From Tetramitus jugosus (taxonomy: Eukaryota; Protista; Heterolobosea), in contig OW569387.1 in assembly GCA_937625935.1 (NCBI GenBank), forward strand, positions 341,573 to 405,572: a stretch of DNA of 64,000 nucleotides, given 5' to 3'. The translations under genes were made by a program, and so were the position numbers. Positions 24,016-35,288 of the stretch are shown one piece after another (positions within the stretch are counted from its first letter, which is position 1; the number at the start of each line of letters is the position of its first letter). Below the pieces are notes generated by a model, which was given only the letters and a program-made list of their open reading frames with translations, made no database searches and was not told the origin of the DNA.

Positions 24016-24765
24016 TTAGTATGAGAAAATACCTCTCTTGATGACCAGAGATTTCGTGTGTTCCTTGATTTGAGTGTCAAGAATCTGATGAATCTGTTTG
24101 CATCCTTCCTCTGCAGCCTTTATCACTTCTTCAAATGAGTCCAACGACAGCTTGGAGTCCATTTGAACCAGTGAAATCTTGTTTTGTTTTGGAAGGAGAG
24201 CAATAGGCAAGTCTGGACCACCTGCACTATCTTCCACATAGTTTAGATCGGTCAATGGCACACCGTCAATTAATCCAGCGGCACACGAAACAACAAAATC
24301 CTTCATCGGTATACCAGCATCAATCAGAGCCAATGATGCGGCATTGATACATGCACATCTTGTGCCTCCATCTGCCTGCAACACTTGCATGAATATATCA
24401 ATTTGTGTTCTAGGGAACAAATGCGTCATAATCACACTCTCAAACGTCTGTCTAATGACAAGTGAAATCTCTGTTGATCTTCTGTCACGCTTATACTTTT
24501 TTCTACGTTCTCCACCAGTGCTGAATGTGGCCATACTGTACTCGCAGTTAATGATTGCTCTGTCGTGCTTTGCTTGCTTCTTTCTTGACACTTGTCTTGG
24601 GCCGTACACTGCAGCGAGCACCTTTGTGTTACCTTGCTCATAATATGCGGATCCATCTGCTCTACTGAATAGATTTAAACGGAATTGAATTTTTCTCACT
24701 TCATGAGGTCTTCTACCATCGACTCTCAACCCTTCTGGGGTCACATATTCAATCTTGTGGCTCAT
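24016..24765 (-). CDS. RRP41: Exosome core subunit Rrp41 (RNase PH fold)
   Basis: GLRVDGRRPHEVR, ADGSAYYEQGNTKVLAAVYGP and LQADGGTRCACINA. Likely ATG at 24765. Confidence 0.96.
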   Translation of the reverse strand: MSHKIEYVTPEGLRVDGRRPHEVRKIQFRLNLFSRADGSAYYEQGNTKVLAAVYGPRQVSRKKQAKHDRAIINCEYSMATFSTGGERRKKYKRDRRSTEISLVIRQTFESVIMTHLFPRTQIDIFMQVLQADGGTRCACINAASLALIDAGIPMKDFVVSCAAGLIDGVPLTDLNYVEDSAGGPDLPIALLPKQNKISLVQMDSKLSLDSFEEVIKAAEEGCKQIHQILDTQIKEHTKSLVIKRGIFSY

Positions 24766-25079
24766 TGTTTTTTTTGGTCGACTTTTTGTTCTTCTTGTTG
24801 TTTTTTTTTCTCTTTCCATTCAATGAAATGCTTGAACCAGTAATTGGTGGAGAAATAATCGAGAGCGGAGTTAGTCGCAGTTGTGAAATGGACAAGACGC
24901 CAACTTTGTAACGTATGAATTGGAAGTGCGTCTTGTCCATTTCACAGAAGCGAACGAAAAAACAATTGCAACACAAAACAAAAAACCGCGAGTGTGACTT
25001 TTCGACATCGAACAAAGACGATCGGTCGTACTTGAGTGTGAATATATATTTTTTTTTGAGAAAAACAACAACAACAACA

Positions 25080-26147
25080 ATGAACGGAATAAGTAGTAGT
25101 GGTAGTTCAATACCCTCTCTATTTGTCATGGTGCTATGCTCATTGCTCATGATTGCTCTAATGACCACTCGTGCCACCAATCTCGACAACAATAACATGT
25201 GGATGCTAGATGATCAATTATTCTCCGATTCCAATGCTCAATACCTCGATTATCATGTCTCTGTTGAACTATTGGAGAAGAAGAGTGAATTTTGTACTAA
25301 TTTTGTGTTCCCTGGCAAATCATTGTGCAATCTCGTTGTGACTCAAACCGTGAAACTCAACATGCATGAACAATTGAAAAATGTGACAAAGGGCAGAGCT
25401 TATTTTGTAACTCCTTCCTTCCCAATACCTCATCAAGCACAGAGCGCAGAAATGATTCAAGTTCTTCATTTGAATGTGACTGATCGTTTGTACAATGAGA
25501 GTTGTCCAGTGTTGAGTGAAGTGACGCGCACAGAGTCTAATGGAATCAAGACTCGTGCTTGGAAGATTTCATTCTATGAGAAGCAGTATCCTGATCCACA
25601 AGTGTTCCAAATCAAGTTTAAGATTGTGGATGTTGTGAAGCCATTGAAGAAGGACAAGCAAAATACGTAGGTGTCAATCGAACATTTGTCTTTTTTTTTA
25701 TTGTTGGTTTAATCATGGTCATGTGAACTAACTTTGTGTTTGAACAGTTTCTCTCTTCAAATGATTACAGAGTCAGTGTTGAATGCAACTGGTCGCAATG
25801 GCTATTTTGCATCCGTGTTTGTTCCGTACAAGGATGTCGATGCGAAAATGACTGGATTTAACTATGAGCCTGCTCCTACTGCTGTCTACATGCACAATGG
25901 TACTCATACATTGACTTATGACAACACTGGAGACAAGATTGCACAAAATTTGACTGTTTCCATGACATTCCCTAACCATTATTATCCACAGTGCCAAGTG
26001 ATCAGATGGCCTTCCATTACCATGTGGGCTGTCGTTGGTGGATTGACTGTTGTCCTGTTGCTGTACGTGATTGTTCACTTGGTTGTTGAACAAATTCTAA
26101 GAGCAAGACGAAACAAGGAAGCTGCTGAATATGGCAGACTAGATTAA
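25080..26147 (+). CDS. Type I membrane glycoprotein with a short tail; intron 25667-25747
   Basis: Hydrophobic signal peptide, several NxS/T sequons, C-terminal TM helix and tail ending EYGRLD. A phase-2 GTAGGT..CAG intron joins the two ORFs. Confidence 0.72.
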
Positions 26148-26272
26148 GATCACATAGATAAATAATATTCTTACAAGTTGTATTATTTGCCATTTGTTGT
26201 GTTGACAACAGACAGATTCATTCACTTCACCAGTTTTCACACACAAAACAACAAAAAAACAAAAACTACAAA

Positions 26273-27592
26273 ATGCTTCGTGCCTTGATCGATTGGATAT
26301 TATCAATTTTGTTACTGATGAAATCATTGTTGTCATTGGTTGTTTCCTATGTGAGAGATCACAGAAATGTGAATACTCTGTGGAGAGGTTTCACTGCTCT
26401 GTCCACTCCTCAACTCGTCGAAGAGATGATATCATTGGATAATGATCGATCCAAAAATCATAAAATTGTCGCAACGAACAACAAGAATCCCAAAGTTTTT
26501 GTGACAGAGTTGAACATTGATGATAAAACAGCTGTTTCTTCTCTTCTTGTGGAGAGCTTGCAGATTATAAAGAGTAACAATGATAACAAGAGCTTATTCA
26601 CCAATGTGAATCGTGAAGTGAAGCATTTGTTTGTCATGATGACGGGCAATCCTGGCATTTGTCAGATTTATGAACCGTTTTGTACGACTTTACACTCGAA
26701 ATTAATGACATCGATGCAAATAAGTGATGAGAAAAGTGATGAGATTGCTGTTGTGGCAGTAGGATTCACTGCACACTCAATTTCAAATCATGTCAACCAG
26801 TTCTATTCATTGTCCTCCGAAAATACCAAGAGTACATTTACGATTGATGAACAAATTGAACACAAGCGATTGCTCATTATGGATTTGATTCAAAAGTATC
26901 CAAACGCCAAGATTCATCTCATGGGTCACTCTGTCGGTTCTTATGTCATTACGAACTTAATTCAACAAATGCCGAGTCCAGATTTTATTGAAAAGCATTT
27001 TGGTTTGTTCTTCCTATTGTACCCAACGATCCAGAACATGATCCATACTCCCAACGCTCAGACATACAAGTATTTTGTGACCCCTGTTATGAGACAAATT
27101 GTGTCACTCGGTGTTTCATTCCTGTTTGGATACTCTCCTCGCTTCTTGCGTGAAAAGTTTCTGCACATGTATGCCAATAAGCCAGAGAACAAGGGAAGTA
27201 GGATTCTAGCGGATTCGTTGCACTTGTTTATGCAATATCCATTGTTGGTCAATGTGTTGACTTTGGCCAATAGTGAATTTGAACAGATTCAAGACATTGA
27301 TAACGTTATGTCTGATCATTTACCTAATACCCATATGCTGTATAGGAAATGCAGATGGATGACATGTGATGGCGATGGTTGGTGTCCACAGGAGCACATT
27401 CGACTTATTGAACAAAAGTTGACTCACCACAACGAGACACAGGATCAGATATTGTGGACAACCAACAAACAGAAATCGCTCGTGTTCCACCATTGCCCAG
27501 AAGGTCATCATGCTTTTTGCTTGCACGAAAGAGATGTGCAGGGAACAGCAGATTTTATTGCTGAGAACATGAGCTCTGGCGAGAAACATTAA
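26273..27592 (+). CDS. LDAH: Lipid droplet-associated hydrolase-like alpha/beta hydrolase
   Basis: MTGNPG, nucleophile elbow GHSVG, LYPTI, DGWCP and HAF motifs. Confidence 0.85.
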   Translation: MLRALIDWILSILLLMKSLLSLVVSYVRDHRNVNTLWRGFTALSTPQLVEEMISLDNDRSKNHKIVATNNKNPKVFVTELNIDDKTAVSSLLVESLQIIKSNNDNKSLFTNVNREVKHLFVMMTGNPGICQIYEPFCTTLHSKLMTSMQISDEKSDEIAVVAVGFTAHSISNHVNQFYSLSSENTKSTFTIDEQIEHKRLLIMDLIQKYPNAKIHLMGHSVGSYVITNLIQQMPSPDFIEKHFGLFFLLYPTIQNMIHTPNAQTYKYFVTPVMRQIVSLGVSFLFGYSPRFLREKFLHMYANKPENKGSRILADSLHLFMQYPLLVNVLTLANSEFEQIQDIDNVMSDHLPNTHMLYRKCRWMTCDGDGWCPQEHIRLIEQKLTHHNETQDQILWTTNKQKSLVFHHCPEGHHAFCLHERDVQGTADFIAENMSSGEKH

Positions 27593-27731
27593 CAAACCCT
27601 TATAAATCTTTCTCACCCCGTACTCAGTTGTATTGGTGCTTTTCGCGCTCAAAACAGCCGACCGTTACACAAAATGTGAAAGTTCCACTAAAACCTGGCT
27701 CGAGAAAAACAAGTGCAACAACGATTCAAAC

Positions 27732-29324
27732 ATGCAAGACAGTGATGACGAGAGCGTGCCTGAAACTAGTGCAGCAACCACCATTGAAAAGGAACCAACA
27801 GATAACAAGCAATACAAGTTCACCCAAGTCGCTCAACTGAACAGTCAACTGTTGACTTGGTACGATGCAAATCATCGTATTTTACCATGGAGAACAAATC
27901 CAAAGACATCTCACGTGCACGGCAAGGGCAAGAATGGCAAAGTGTCAAGCAGGGATGATGAACCGAAGAGTGAGAACTCCTCAGTAGAAACAATCAAAGC
28001 CGAGGATCTCAATCAGAGGGCCTATCAAGTCTGGATCAGTGAAATTATGTCTCAGCAGACGCGTATTGCTACGGTTCTGTCGTACTATAAGAATTGGATG
28101 AAACAATTTCCGACTGTAGATGATTTGGCTCGCGCTAGCGTGGATGATGTGCATGCTGTGTGGTCCGGATTGGGTTATTATAGACGTGCAGACAATATCC
28201 ACAAGGCTGCAAAGAAAGTTGTCACTGATATGAAGGGTAAGTTTCCAACCAACGCAAAAGACTTGTTAGAGCTGCCAGGAGTAGGTAGATACACTGCAGG
28301 CGCCATTGCGAGTATCGTTTTCAGGGAGCGAGCACCAATTGTTGATGGAAATGTGCTTCGTTTGTTCTCTAGACTGCAGATGATACCATTTGATATTTCA
28401 AAGCAAAAGAATTGCAACGATTATTTCTGGCCGTTGGCACAGCAATTGGTATCAGATGTGTCGGTGCCTAATGATCGAATTGGTGACTTGAACCAGAGTT
28501 TGATGGAAATGGGAGCAACTGTGTGTACACCAAAGAATCCAAGTTGTTCAGAGTGTTGTATTCGCGATTTGTGCGAGGCCAATGAGAGTGTTCAGAATGG
28601 TGAGTCAGTAAGTGTCGAGATATGGCCAGTGAAAGCGAAAAAGAAGCAAAAGGCAATCAAGTTTGTTGCTGTTTGTATATTGTTTAAGAACCCAGATGAG
28701 ACTGTTGAAGATTCTCCCAAAGAACAACAATACTACATTATGAAAAATCCATCGAGTGGTCTTCTGGCCAATTTATATCAATTCCCTTCGATAACAATCG
28801 AAGAAGATACCGCAGATGGTGTTATTGAAAAGTCATTGCAAAAGTACATTATGAAAAACACTGATCTAGATCTGTCAGTCTTTAATGCTTCATTTGAATA
28901 TTGTGGCCAGGTACAGCACATATTCACGCATATTGATATGCAACTTAAAGTATACGCTGCTTGCTTGGAGAATTCGGTCGAAACCAAGACAAGCAAAGCA
29001 AAAGAAATTGAATCTGCGTTCGTGACACTCTCTGGATTCGATGATTATGGCATTCCAACGTTGGTCCGAAAGGTTTTCCAACGCTTCATAGACAAGGACA
29101 ATGATGTGAAGAGTACCAAATCTGTGAAAAAGTGTAGTACCCCGAAGAAGAAACCAACCTTGAAACCAAGCACAACCAAGAGACGGAGGTCAGTAGCGAA
29201 ACAAGAAGATAGCGATTCAGAACAACCAGACGAGGATGAGGATGAGGAGAAGGTCGATGTTCAAAAGAGGCCTCGAACACGATCACAGACTAAGCTGACT
29301 CAATTTTTTATCAAGCCAGAGTGA
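27732..29324 (+). CDS. MUTYH: A/G-specific adenine DNA glycosylase MutY
   Basis: RILPWR, WISEIMSQQTR, GLGYYRRA, HhH LPGVGRYTAGAIAS, VDGNVLR, 4Fe-4S motif CTPKNPSCSECCIRDLC, and NUDIX-like HIFTH. Confidence 0.95.
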   Translation: MQDSDDESVPETSAATTIEKEPTDNKQYKFTQVAQLNSQLLTWYDANHRILPWRTNPKTSHVHGKGKNGKVSSRDDEPKSENSSVETIKAEDLNQRAYQVWISEIMSQQTRIATVLSYYKNWMKQFPTVDDLARASVDDVHAVWSGLGYYRRADNIHKAAKKVVTDMKGKFPTNAKDLLELPGVGRYTAGAIASIVFRERAPIVDGNVLRLFSRLQMIPFDISKQKNCNDYFWPLAQQLVSDVSVPNDRIGDLNQSLMEMGATVCTPKNPSCSECCIRDLCEANESVQNGESVSVEIWPVKAKKKQKAIKFVAVCILFKNPDETVEDSPKEQQYYIMKNPSSGLLANLYQFPSITIEEDTADGVIEKSLQKYIMKNTDLDLSVFNASFEYCGQVQHIFTHIDMQLKVYAACLENSVETKTSKAKEIESAFVTLSGFDDYGIPTLVRKVFQRFIDKDNDVKSTKSVKKCSTPKKKPTLKPSTTKRRRSVAKQEDSDSEQPDEDEDEEKVDVQKRPRTRSQTKLTQFFIKPE

Positions 29325-29506
29325 ATTTAATCTTGGGATATTATTTATTTATTAAGGTGGTGCATCTGCCATCTGCCACCAGTTCAAAGAGCGCACCGAA
29401 GTCGAATGATCTCCGTTCATCTTGGTGACCTGTGAGTTAATTACCTCTGGATCCATCGTTCTGCTGAAGGATGACTTAGTGTCTCCAAGAGTTTTGGTAC
29501 AAAAGA

Positions 29507-30063
29507 TCAAATGTCTTCCCAACAAACTGAACATTTTCTCAATATCATTGCGCATTCGTCACAGTGCCACATGTGCCTCAAGTATGTCCTTTTAGGCGTG
29601 AGGCAATGAGGACATTCAATATCATGAGGTGCCGTAAAGTATGCAGTTGTTTGCTTTTGGTGCTTTTTGCAGCAGTAATCTTTTACGGTGTGCTTTGGAA
29701 TCTCTGAAAGATCTGTGATACACATTCATGAGTTAAACTTCCACTTAGAAACCTCAAAAGAAAACGGTCATAGCATTTCGAATACATCAACGTACTGAGT
29801 GGCAAGATAAAGACACCGGCGGAAATATCTGCCTTCATTCCTCTGGGAGATCCTCTTGTAGGTGATCGAACCTGAGTCGTTGAGTTTCCACATTGGGAAC
29901 ACTTCTCCTTGAACAGAGCACAACTCTTGCAGTAAGTGTACTGTTTCAAGTTGGTCTTTTTCTTCGTTTTGCACAGTTTACACACAACTTCGTAACTCTC
30001 TGCAACAGTTTCTGGCTCTTGATGCACACGGCAAAAGTGAGACATAAAGATCTGGTGAGCCAT
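29507..30063 (-). CDS. Small protein with two CRIPT-like Cys-rich (zinc-binding) repeats; intron 29713-29795
   Basis: CKLC...YCKSCA...CSQCG and CPHC...HCDECA...CSVCW. A phase-1 GTACGT..CACAG intron joins ORFs 29683-30063 and 29507-29725. Confidence 0.65.
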
Positions 30064-30178
30064 CTATTGCGACTCTCTCAAATTCTGTAGTCTCCAACCG
30101 AAGAACGACCGAAATTTACCGTCCCGATTCAACGAAAAATTTTCCTTGTGAGATGCACTTGAATTTTTATTACTTTTA

Positions 30179-30538
30179 TTACTTGGTTTCTTCACTATCA
30201 TTGTTAGCACTATTCTTATTGTACTTATCTACAATCGTCTGATAGCTCGCTCCCAAATACAGTTTGAGCATAGTCGGTGTCGCCGATCTCACTTCAACCA
30301 ACACTGTTTCCTTGTTGAGTCGCTTGTGAGCTTCAAATCGATGACATCCACCAAAACTGAACATGAGACCCGTATCTATATCCTGAAGCACTTGAATAGG
30401 AACTTGTAAACCTTCTCGATCAATCGACACCATCAAACACTCTACCTTGTCATGATCCAACACGGGTGCAATGGGCCGAATGACTTGACTCATTGGAACA
30501 GTTTTGACATTGACTAATAATGGTTCTTGTTCAATCAT
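30179..30538 (-). CDS. SRX1: Sulfiredoxin
   Basis: IRPIAPVLDHDKV, GLQVPIQV and signature FSFGGCHRFEA. Confidence 0.92.
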   Translation of the reverse strand: MIEQEPLLVNVKTVPMSQVIRPIAPVLDHDKVECLMVSIDREGLQVPIQVLQDIDTGLMFSFGGCHRFEAHKRLNKETVLVEVRSATPTMLKLYLGASYQTIVDKYNKNSANNDSEETK

Positions 30539-30952
30539 TATGATTGTTGTTCACTTGTTGTTGGTGGTTGCTTTGTTGTTTTTGTTGAGTTCGGTCTTGA
30601 GAAATGGGATCAATTGACTTGAGCTCAATCATGAAGGAATTCTCCTTGGAAAATATGATTTGGGTATTTGGTCCTCAGTTTGTTGAGCAATAACAAACAT
30701 TATCCGCAGTTGGCAAAGGCTGCATTTTGTGTGCAATGACTGACACCATTGTACTTTTCCTTGAGCCAACAAACTTTGGAGCTCTTGTGAATCCTTGTGC
30801 GAGATCGCCCTGGACGGAATCATCATTGTATTACAAAAAATAGAATTGGATGTTTTATTTGGTTGAAAAGGAATTCCACCTTCTGATGGGTAGTTATCCC
30901 CTTCAAACTCTTCCAGCAAAACCAAACTCAAAACAAGTTGATTGTATACAAT

Positions 30953-32536
30953 ATGAAGTTTTCGGTTATTCTATTGGCAGCAGTACTTTGTCTAATGGGC
31001 TTTGCTCATTCTCAATCTCTGGAGTGGTTCGATGAAGTAACAAAGGGTCCTGGTTTCCAAATTATTAGGCCCTCCTTTGTTAGGTCGGATGCTCAGGACA
31101 ATATCTATGTGGTCAAGTTGCAGACTTCGTCGTCACCTGGCGGCACAGCTGGGGCTGCTCAGATATTGAAGTACAATTCAACAGGTTTCCTGCAATGGGC
31201 TTTCAACGCTTCCTCCAATTCTATCAATCCAGTTGGGTGGTTTGATGTGGCAGATGATGGTTCCAGCTTTATTACCGGTAGTAACTTGTTCATTGGTCCT
31301 GGTTCATTCGCAAATGGCTTTGTGCAAAAGGTTGATACTAACAGAGCGCTTCAATGGCAGAAAACATTCGAAAATTCTGCCATGGGGCGAGCGGTACCAC
31401 TACCTGATGGTCTTGTTCGAGTAGAAGTTAGCAATATTAACAATGGTTCTGAGTATTCCAACACCTATGACACGAATGGCCTGCTGTTGTCCACTGAGCC
31501 CTTGACCAATGCTGTGGTATCTACTGGTGCTTTGAATCCTGTCACTGCCAGCACATCTAACAGCTTGGGCAATTTCTGCGGGGTTCTTCCTTTGTCTGGA
31601 CCAGACGTCTTCTTCCAATTTGTTCAATTGAATGCATCTGGTGGAATTATCTGGAGTCAACCTGTCTCGGGCATTTTCTTCTCATCTGGTGTTTCACAAA
31701 TCTTGATCGATGAGACTGGAAACTGCTTGTTTGTGGGATCAGGTAGTAACATGACCGTGGGTCCATTGAGTTTTCCACCATCCGAACTGAGATCCAACTT
31801 CCTTACATTCATCAACTCTTCGGGCGTTCCTCAATTGTTGAAGGTTTATGATTTCCAATCAATCGATGGTGTGGCTTGTGGAGCACTACCAACAACCTTC
31901 GCTAAATGTTGGATCTCTGGGGTAGACCTGGATGGAGGACCTGCACTTGCTAGACTGAACACTACCTTTAGTCTCAATGAACTTTTTGTTGGAGAGGGAA
32001 TTAACACTACACGTTCCTTTAAGATTGTTTTCAATACCCATGGTAGATTAGCTGGAGCTTTCAGTACAGGGCAAGCCTCAGGAACATGGTTCGAAACTCC
32101 TATTGTAGTACCTCTCAATCCAAGCAATATATTCACTGGAGCTCTATTCGTGTTCCAGTTGAACCTGGCCACAACCAGTTGCAATAGAACTCAATTGTGC
32201 TCTACTGAAGAAAACTGTTGTGTGATTAGTGATGAACAAACTGTTTGCTTCTCTCCATCAACAAACAGTTGTTTCTCGCAAGTAGGAAAACTGTGCCCAG
32301 CAGGATTTTTGCCATGTGGAGAAGATTGTTACTCCCTGGAAGAGTTCTCTTGTGTCAACTCTTCACTATGTCCCGTGGGCACTCTACATTGCGGAAATGC
32401 ATGCTACAATCCATCTCAGTTCAGTTGCTTTGAAGGAGATCGGCTCTGCCCTCAACGAACATTGCTCTGTGGAAACGCTTGTTACGATCCTGATCTCTTG
32501 AATTGCTGTGATGGAAGTCTGTGTCCAATCTCTTAG
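30953..32536 (+). CDS. Secreted protein: beta-propeller-like N-terminus + C-terminal CBM52-like Cys repeats
   Basis: Signal peptide MKFSVILLAAVLCLMGFAHS. Repeats of the type KYNSTGFLQW / QLNASGGIIW. Tandem LCP..CGxxCYxPxxFSC repeats at the C-terminus. Confidence 0.7.
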   Translation: MKFSVILLAAVLCLMGFAHSQSLEWFDEVTKGPGFQIIRPSFVRSDAQDNIYVVKLQTSSSPGGTAGAAQILKYNSTGFLQWAFNASSNSINPVGWFDVADDGSSFITGSNLFIGPGSFANGFVQKVDTNRALQWQKTFENSAMGRAVPLPDGLVRVEVSNINNGSEYSNTYDTNGLLLSTEPLTNAVVSTGALNPVTASTSNSLGNFCGVLPLSGPDVFFQFVQLNASGGIIWSQPVSGIFFSSGVSQILIDETGNCLFVGSGSNMTVGPLSFPPSELRSNFLTFINSSGVPQLLKVYDFQSIDGVACGALPTTFAKCWISGVDLDGGPALARLNTTFSLNELFVGEGINTTRSFKIVFNTHGRLAGAFSTGQASGTWFETPIVVPLNPSNIFTGALFVFQLNLATTSCNRTQLCSTEENCCVISDEQTVCFSPSTNSCFSQVGKLCPAGFLPCGEDCYSLEEFSCVNSSLCPVGTLHCGNACYNPSQFSCFEGDRLCPQRTLLCGNACYDPDLLNCCDGSLCPIS

Positions 32537-32661
32537 AGCCGTGTTTGGATTGGGAATACAACGATTGTAAATAAATGTAAATATTCATCTCGAGCTATTA
32601 GCTCTTCAATTATGAGATAGTTTATAAAAACAACTACACCAGTCTCAATATGTCAGATCAC

Positions 32662-34305
32662 TCACCACGAACGCTCAGGATTACGGATGAGAACACCAGG
32701 AAGCGCAAGTTTCAGTTCATCAGAAGGATCATGATCCAAGGTCAAGCTCTTCAACTTCTTGCAGTAGGCTGGTATAATTGCATCGAGAAGTTCTGCAGAA
32801 TAGTAAGAATTGGATACAGAAAGGTGCTCTAGGGAATGACCAACTCCCTCCAACATCTCTCCTATTACTTCAGAGTTGGTTTGGATATTCAGCTGAAGTT
32901 TTTTGAGCTTCTTCAAGTGAGATAGATCCTTGTGTTGCTCAGAGATACAGATGTCATAAATCAGTTCTTCCAGATTGTCACAATGATTTAGGAATGTTTG
33001 TTCGCCCACTTCATCGTATGTGCTCAAACGCAACGACTTTAATTGAGGTGCCCAAGGTAACATCTTGTTCAACTGGGCTTCGTCGATACTGCTGTAAGTT
33101 GCCAGCGACATACATGGTTTGTCATAGCCTTTGTATCTAGAGTCATTCAAATAGAAGTCTACCTGAGGCTCGAGACTATCATAATTGGTGAGAACAATCT
33201 TCGACCACAGGAAAGGATGACACACAATTTGAGAGAACTGGCGACTGACCAAACTAACATCCACCAATTCTTTCTGTGTCAAAAAGGACAAAGCATGAAT
33301 GAAAACGGACTCTGGCAAAAGTCGATAGTGAAATTGATTGATGCTTGCTCGTCCGTCAATCTCACAGGCCTTGTGTCGATCCTTGATAGCCAAGTCATCC
33401 TCATGCAATCTTAGATAGCAATAGCTACGCATTGCGTATCCATTGGCACACAAAAGACCATCACTCTTCTCAATGCACTGAGAAAACAATTCGATAGCCA
33501 CAGCAAGGTCATGTATATAGTAGCAAGTCTGCCCATAATTGAAATAATAGATGGCTGAATTATTGTGATCAGTTTGGTCTTTTGAGATGGAAGCAATGGC
33601 CAACTTGAAGTCTTCAATTGCTTCATAGTATTCTCCATGACGGAACTTTGCCATTCCTCTGTTGTTGTACAAATCAGCTTTAGAGATGAGGGTTGGTGAA
33701 CAGGAGCGAACTACCTTGGAAACTGCCTTCTTTTCCATCATCTTCTTGGCTCTCTGGTCTCTGAGACCAAATGGATCTGGAAGCGTCTGTTTCCACTCGT
33801 ACAACTTGTCTTCCACAACATCTGATATCTGGTACCAAGTGTTGGATGCGTCCTGCAACTTGGCGTGAACAAACTCTTCAGCAGTAATGGGTTCTCGGCC
33901 CTTCTGGTAATACTCAATGGCTTTGGTGTACTGCTCCATTGATCTTGAATCATTCAACACTTCCAACAAAAATCCATAGTAGTAATGAGTCATGTGATTC
34001 TTGGGCTCGAGTGACAAGGCCTGTACGAGATCCTTCTCTGCTTCTGTGTACTTGTACTGCATCGTGTACATTAAGCTTCTCAACATGAGAGTCTGAGTGT
34101 CCTTTGGGTTCATGGCAAGCCTCACATTATACTCGATTAGCTTTTGTTGTGTTGCACCTGGATGAGTAAACTCCCATATTTTGCCCACGCGTTCATCAAT
34201 GACACTTGCACTGTGTTTCACTCCACGTACGATACCTGTAGCAGCAAAGATTGGTATCAATAGAACAAGACCCAAAGGTGAGACATAGTAACCTCCTCCA
34301 CACAT
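32662..34305 (-). CDS. TPR + F-box + LRR-like protein
   Basis: TPRs (YNNRGMAKFRHGEYYEAIEDF), F-box LLPESVFIHALSFLTQKELVDVSLVSRQF...LW, then LxxLxL repeats. Confidence 0.85.
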   Translation of the reverse strand: MCGGGYYVSPLGLVLLIPIFAATGIVRGVKHSASVIDERVGKIWEFTHPGATQQKLIEYNVRLAMNPKDTQTLMLRSLMYTMQYKYTEAEKDLVQALSLEPKNHMTHYYYGFLLEVLNDSRSMEQYTKAIEYYQKGREPITAEEFVHAKLQDASNTWYQISDVVEDKLYEWKQTLPDPFGLRDQRAKKMMEKKAVSKVVRSCSPTLISKADLYNNRGMAKFRHGEYYEAIEDFKLAIASISKDQTDHNNSAIYYFNYGQTCYYIHDLAVAIELFSQCIEKSDGLLCANGYAMRSYCYLRLHEDDLAIKDRHKACEIDGRASINQFHYRLLPESVFIHALSFLTQKELVDVSLVSRQFSQIVCHPFLWSKIVLTNYDSLEPQVDFYLNDSRYKGYDKPCMSLATYSSIDEAQLNKMLPWAPQLKSLRLSTYDEVGEQTFLNHCDNLEELIYDICISEQHKDLSHLKKLKKLQLNIQTNSEVIGEMLEGVGHSLEHLSVSNSYYSAELLDAIIPAYCKKLKSLTLDHDPSDELKLALPGVLIRNPERSW

Positions 34306-35288
34306 CTTCTTAGTGGTTGTGATGTTATTCTGCTTGTTGTTCTTTTGTTCTTCAAGGGAACTTGGAACACTCGGGGAAAAGAAAGCGCGTTATCAACCCA
34401 CTCGACACGAGAGTTGTGAGACCCCCATAGATTTTTTGCGGGGTTAGCTTTTGAAGGAGTAGACCTGTAGTAAGCACGATAACTGACAATTGATCAACTA
34501 CAAATGGCTCTCGCTTCCGAAGTTTATTCCCAGAACATAATTACCGAGTCAAGCCAAACTTGACACAACTACCGAAGAAACACTCAAGAGCCAGGTTCAG
34601 AATGCTTCTCGCATACGAAAATTGCAGTGGGACCTTCAACGATATATATTTCTGGACATCCATTGTAACGACATCAGATAAAATATCAGTCAACTGGAAC
34701 CAGAGAAACAATTCTGGGAGATTCCAAGAGCCGAAAATACAACAATTTTCGGTATCTAGAACCAAACAAGGCGAAACTCCATTACAAACTGGTTCGGCTT
34801 TCGCCAAAGCTTTTTATAGGAGGAAAGCGCTGCTGTCCGGTCTCACACGCGGAGAGCTGTAGTCTGTGGTTTCTATTGTGAGTTCTGGCCGCAAAGGGAG
34901 ACAAAAAAAACCTTGGTGTGTTGTTTGCTATTGTGGAGAAAGAGTTTGCTTGTATTCAAACGAACCTCTCAATTCAAAAACAAAAGCACTACCTACAACA
35001 ACACAACAGGCAAACGACCTGAAACTCTCTTCAAAAGAAACTAATTCGTTGTTCGAACCTCTCGTTCTTCATCACACATAGCTGAAGCAAATCACTCACA
35101 TTGGAATTCCTACCAGATACCAAGTTGACCAACACTCCAAACCCAACATTAAAATTGTAGTTCACGCCTCTCCATTACTTCCTCTTTAAATCTCCGGAAA
35201 TTCCCTCTGAGTAACTCCACACACGCACGTAAAGCCCCACTCTACGACTTTTCAAGGTATTAAAAATAGACAAGAGCAGCACACCATC

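Noticed and set aside
11662-30538. Oxidative-stress cluster (ACR2-like, Lon, MutY, sulfiredoxin)
   Set aside because: Interspersed with unrelated genes and no shared motif seen.
34306-35288. ncRNA in the ~1-kb gap before the GATA gene
   Set aside because: No snRNA, snoRNA or tRNA signature recognised; more simply a divergent promoter plus long 5' UTR.
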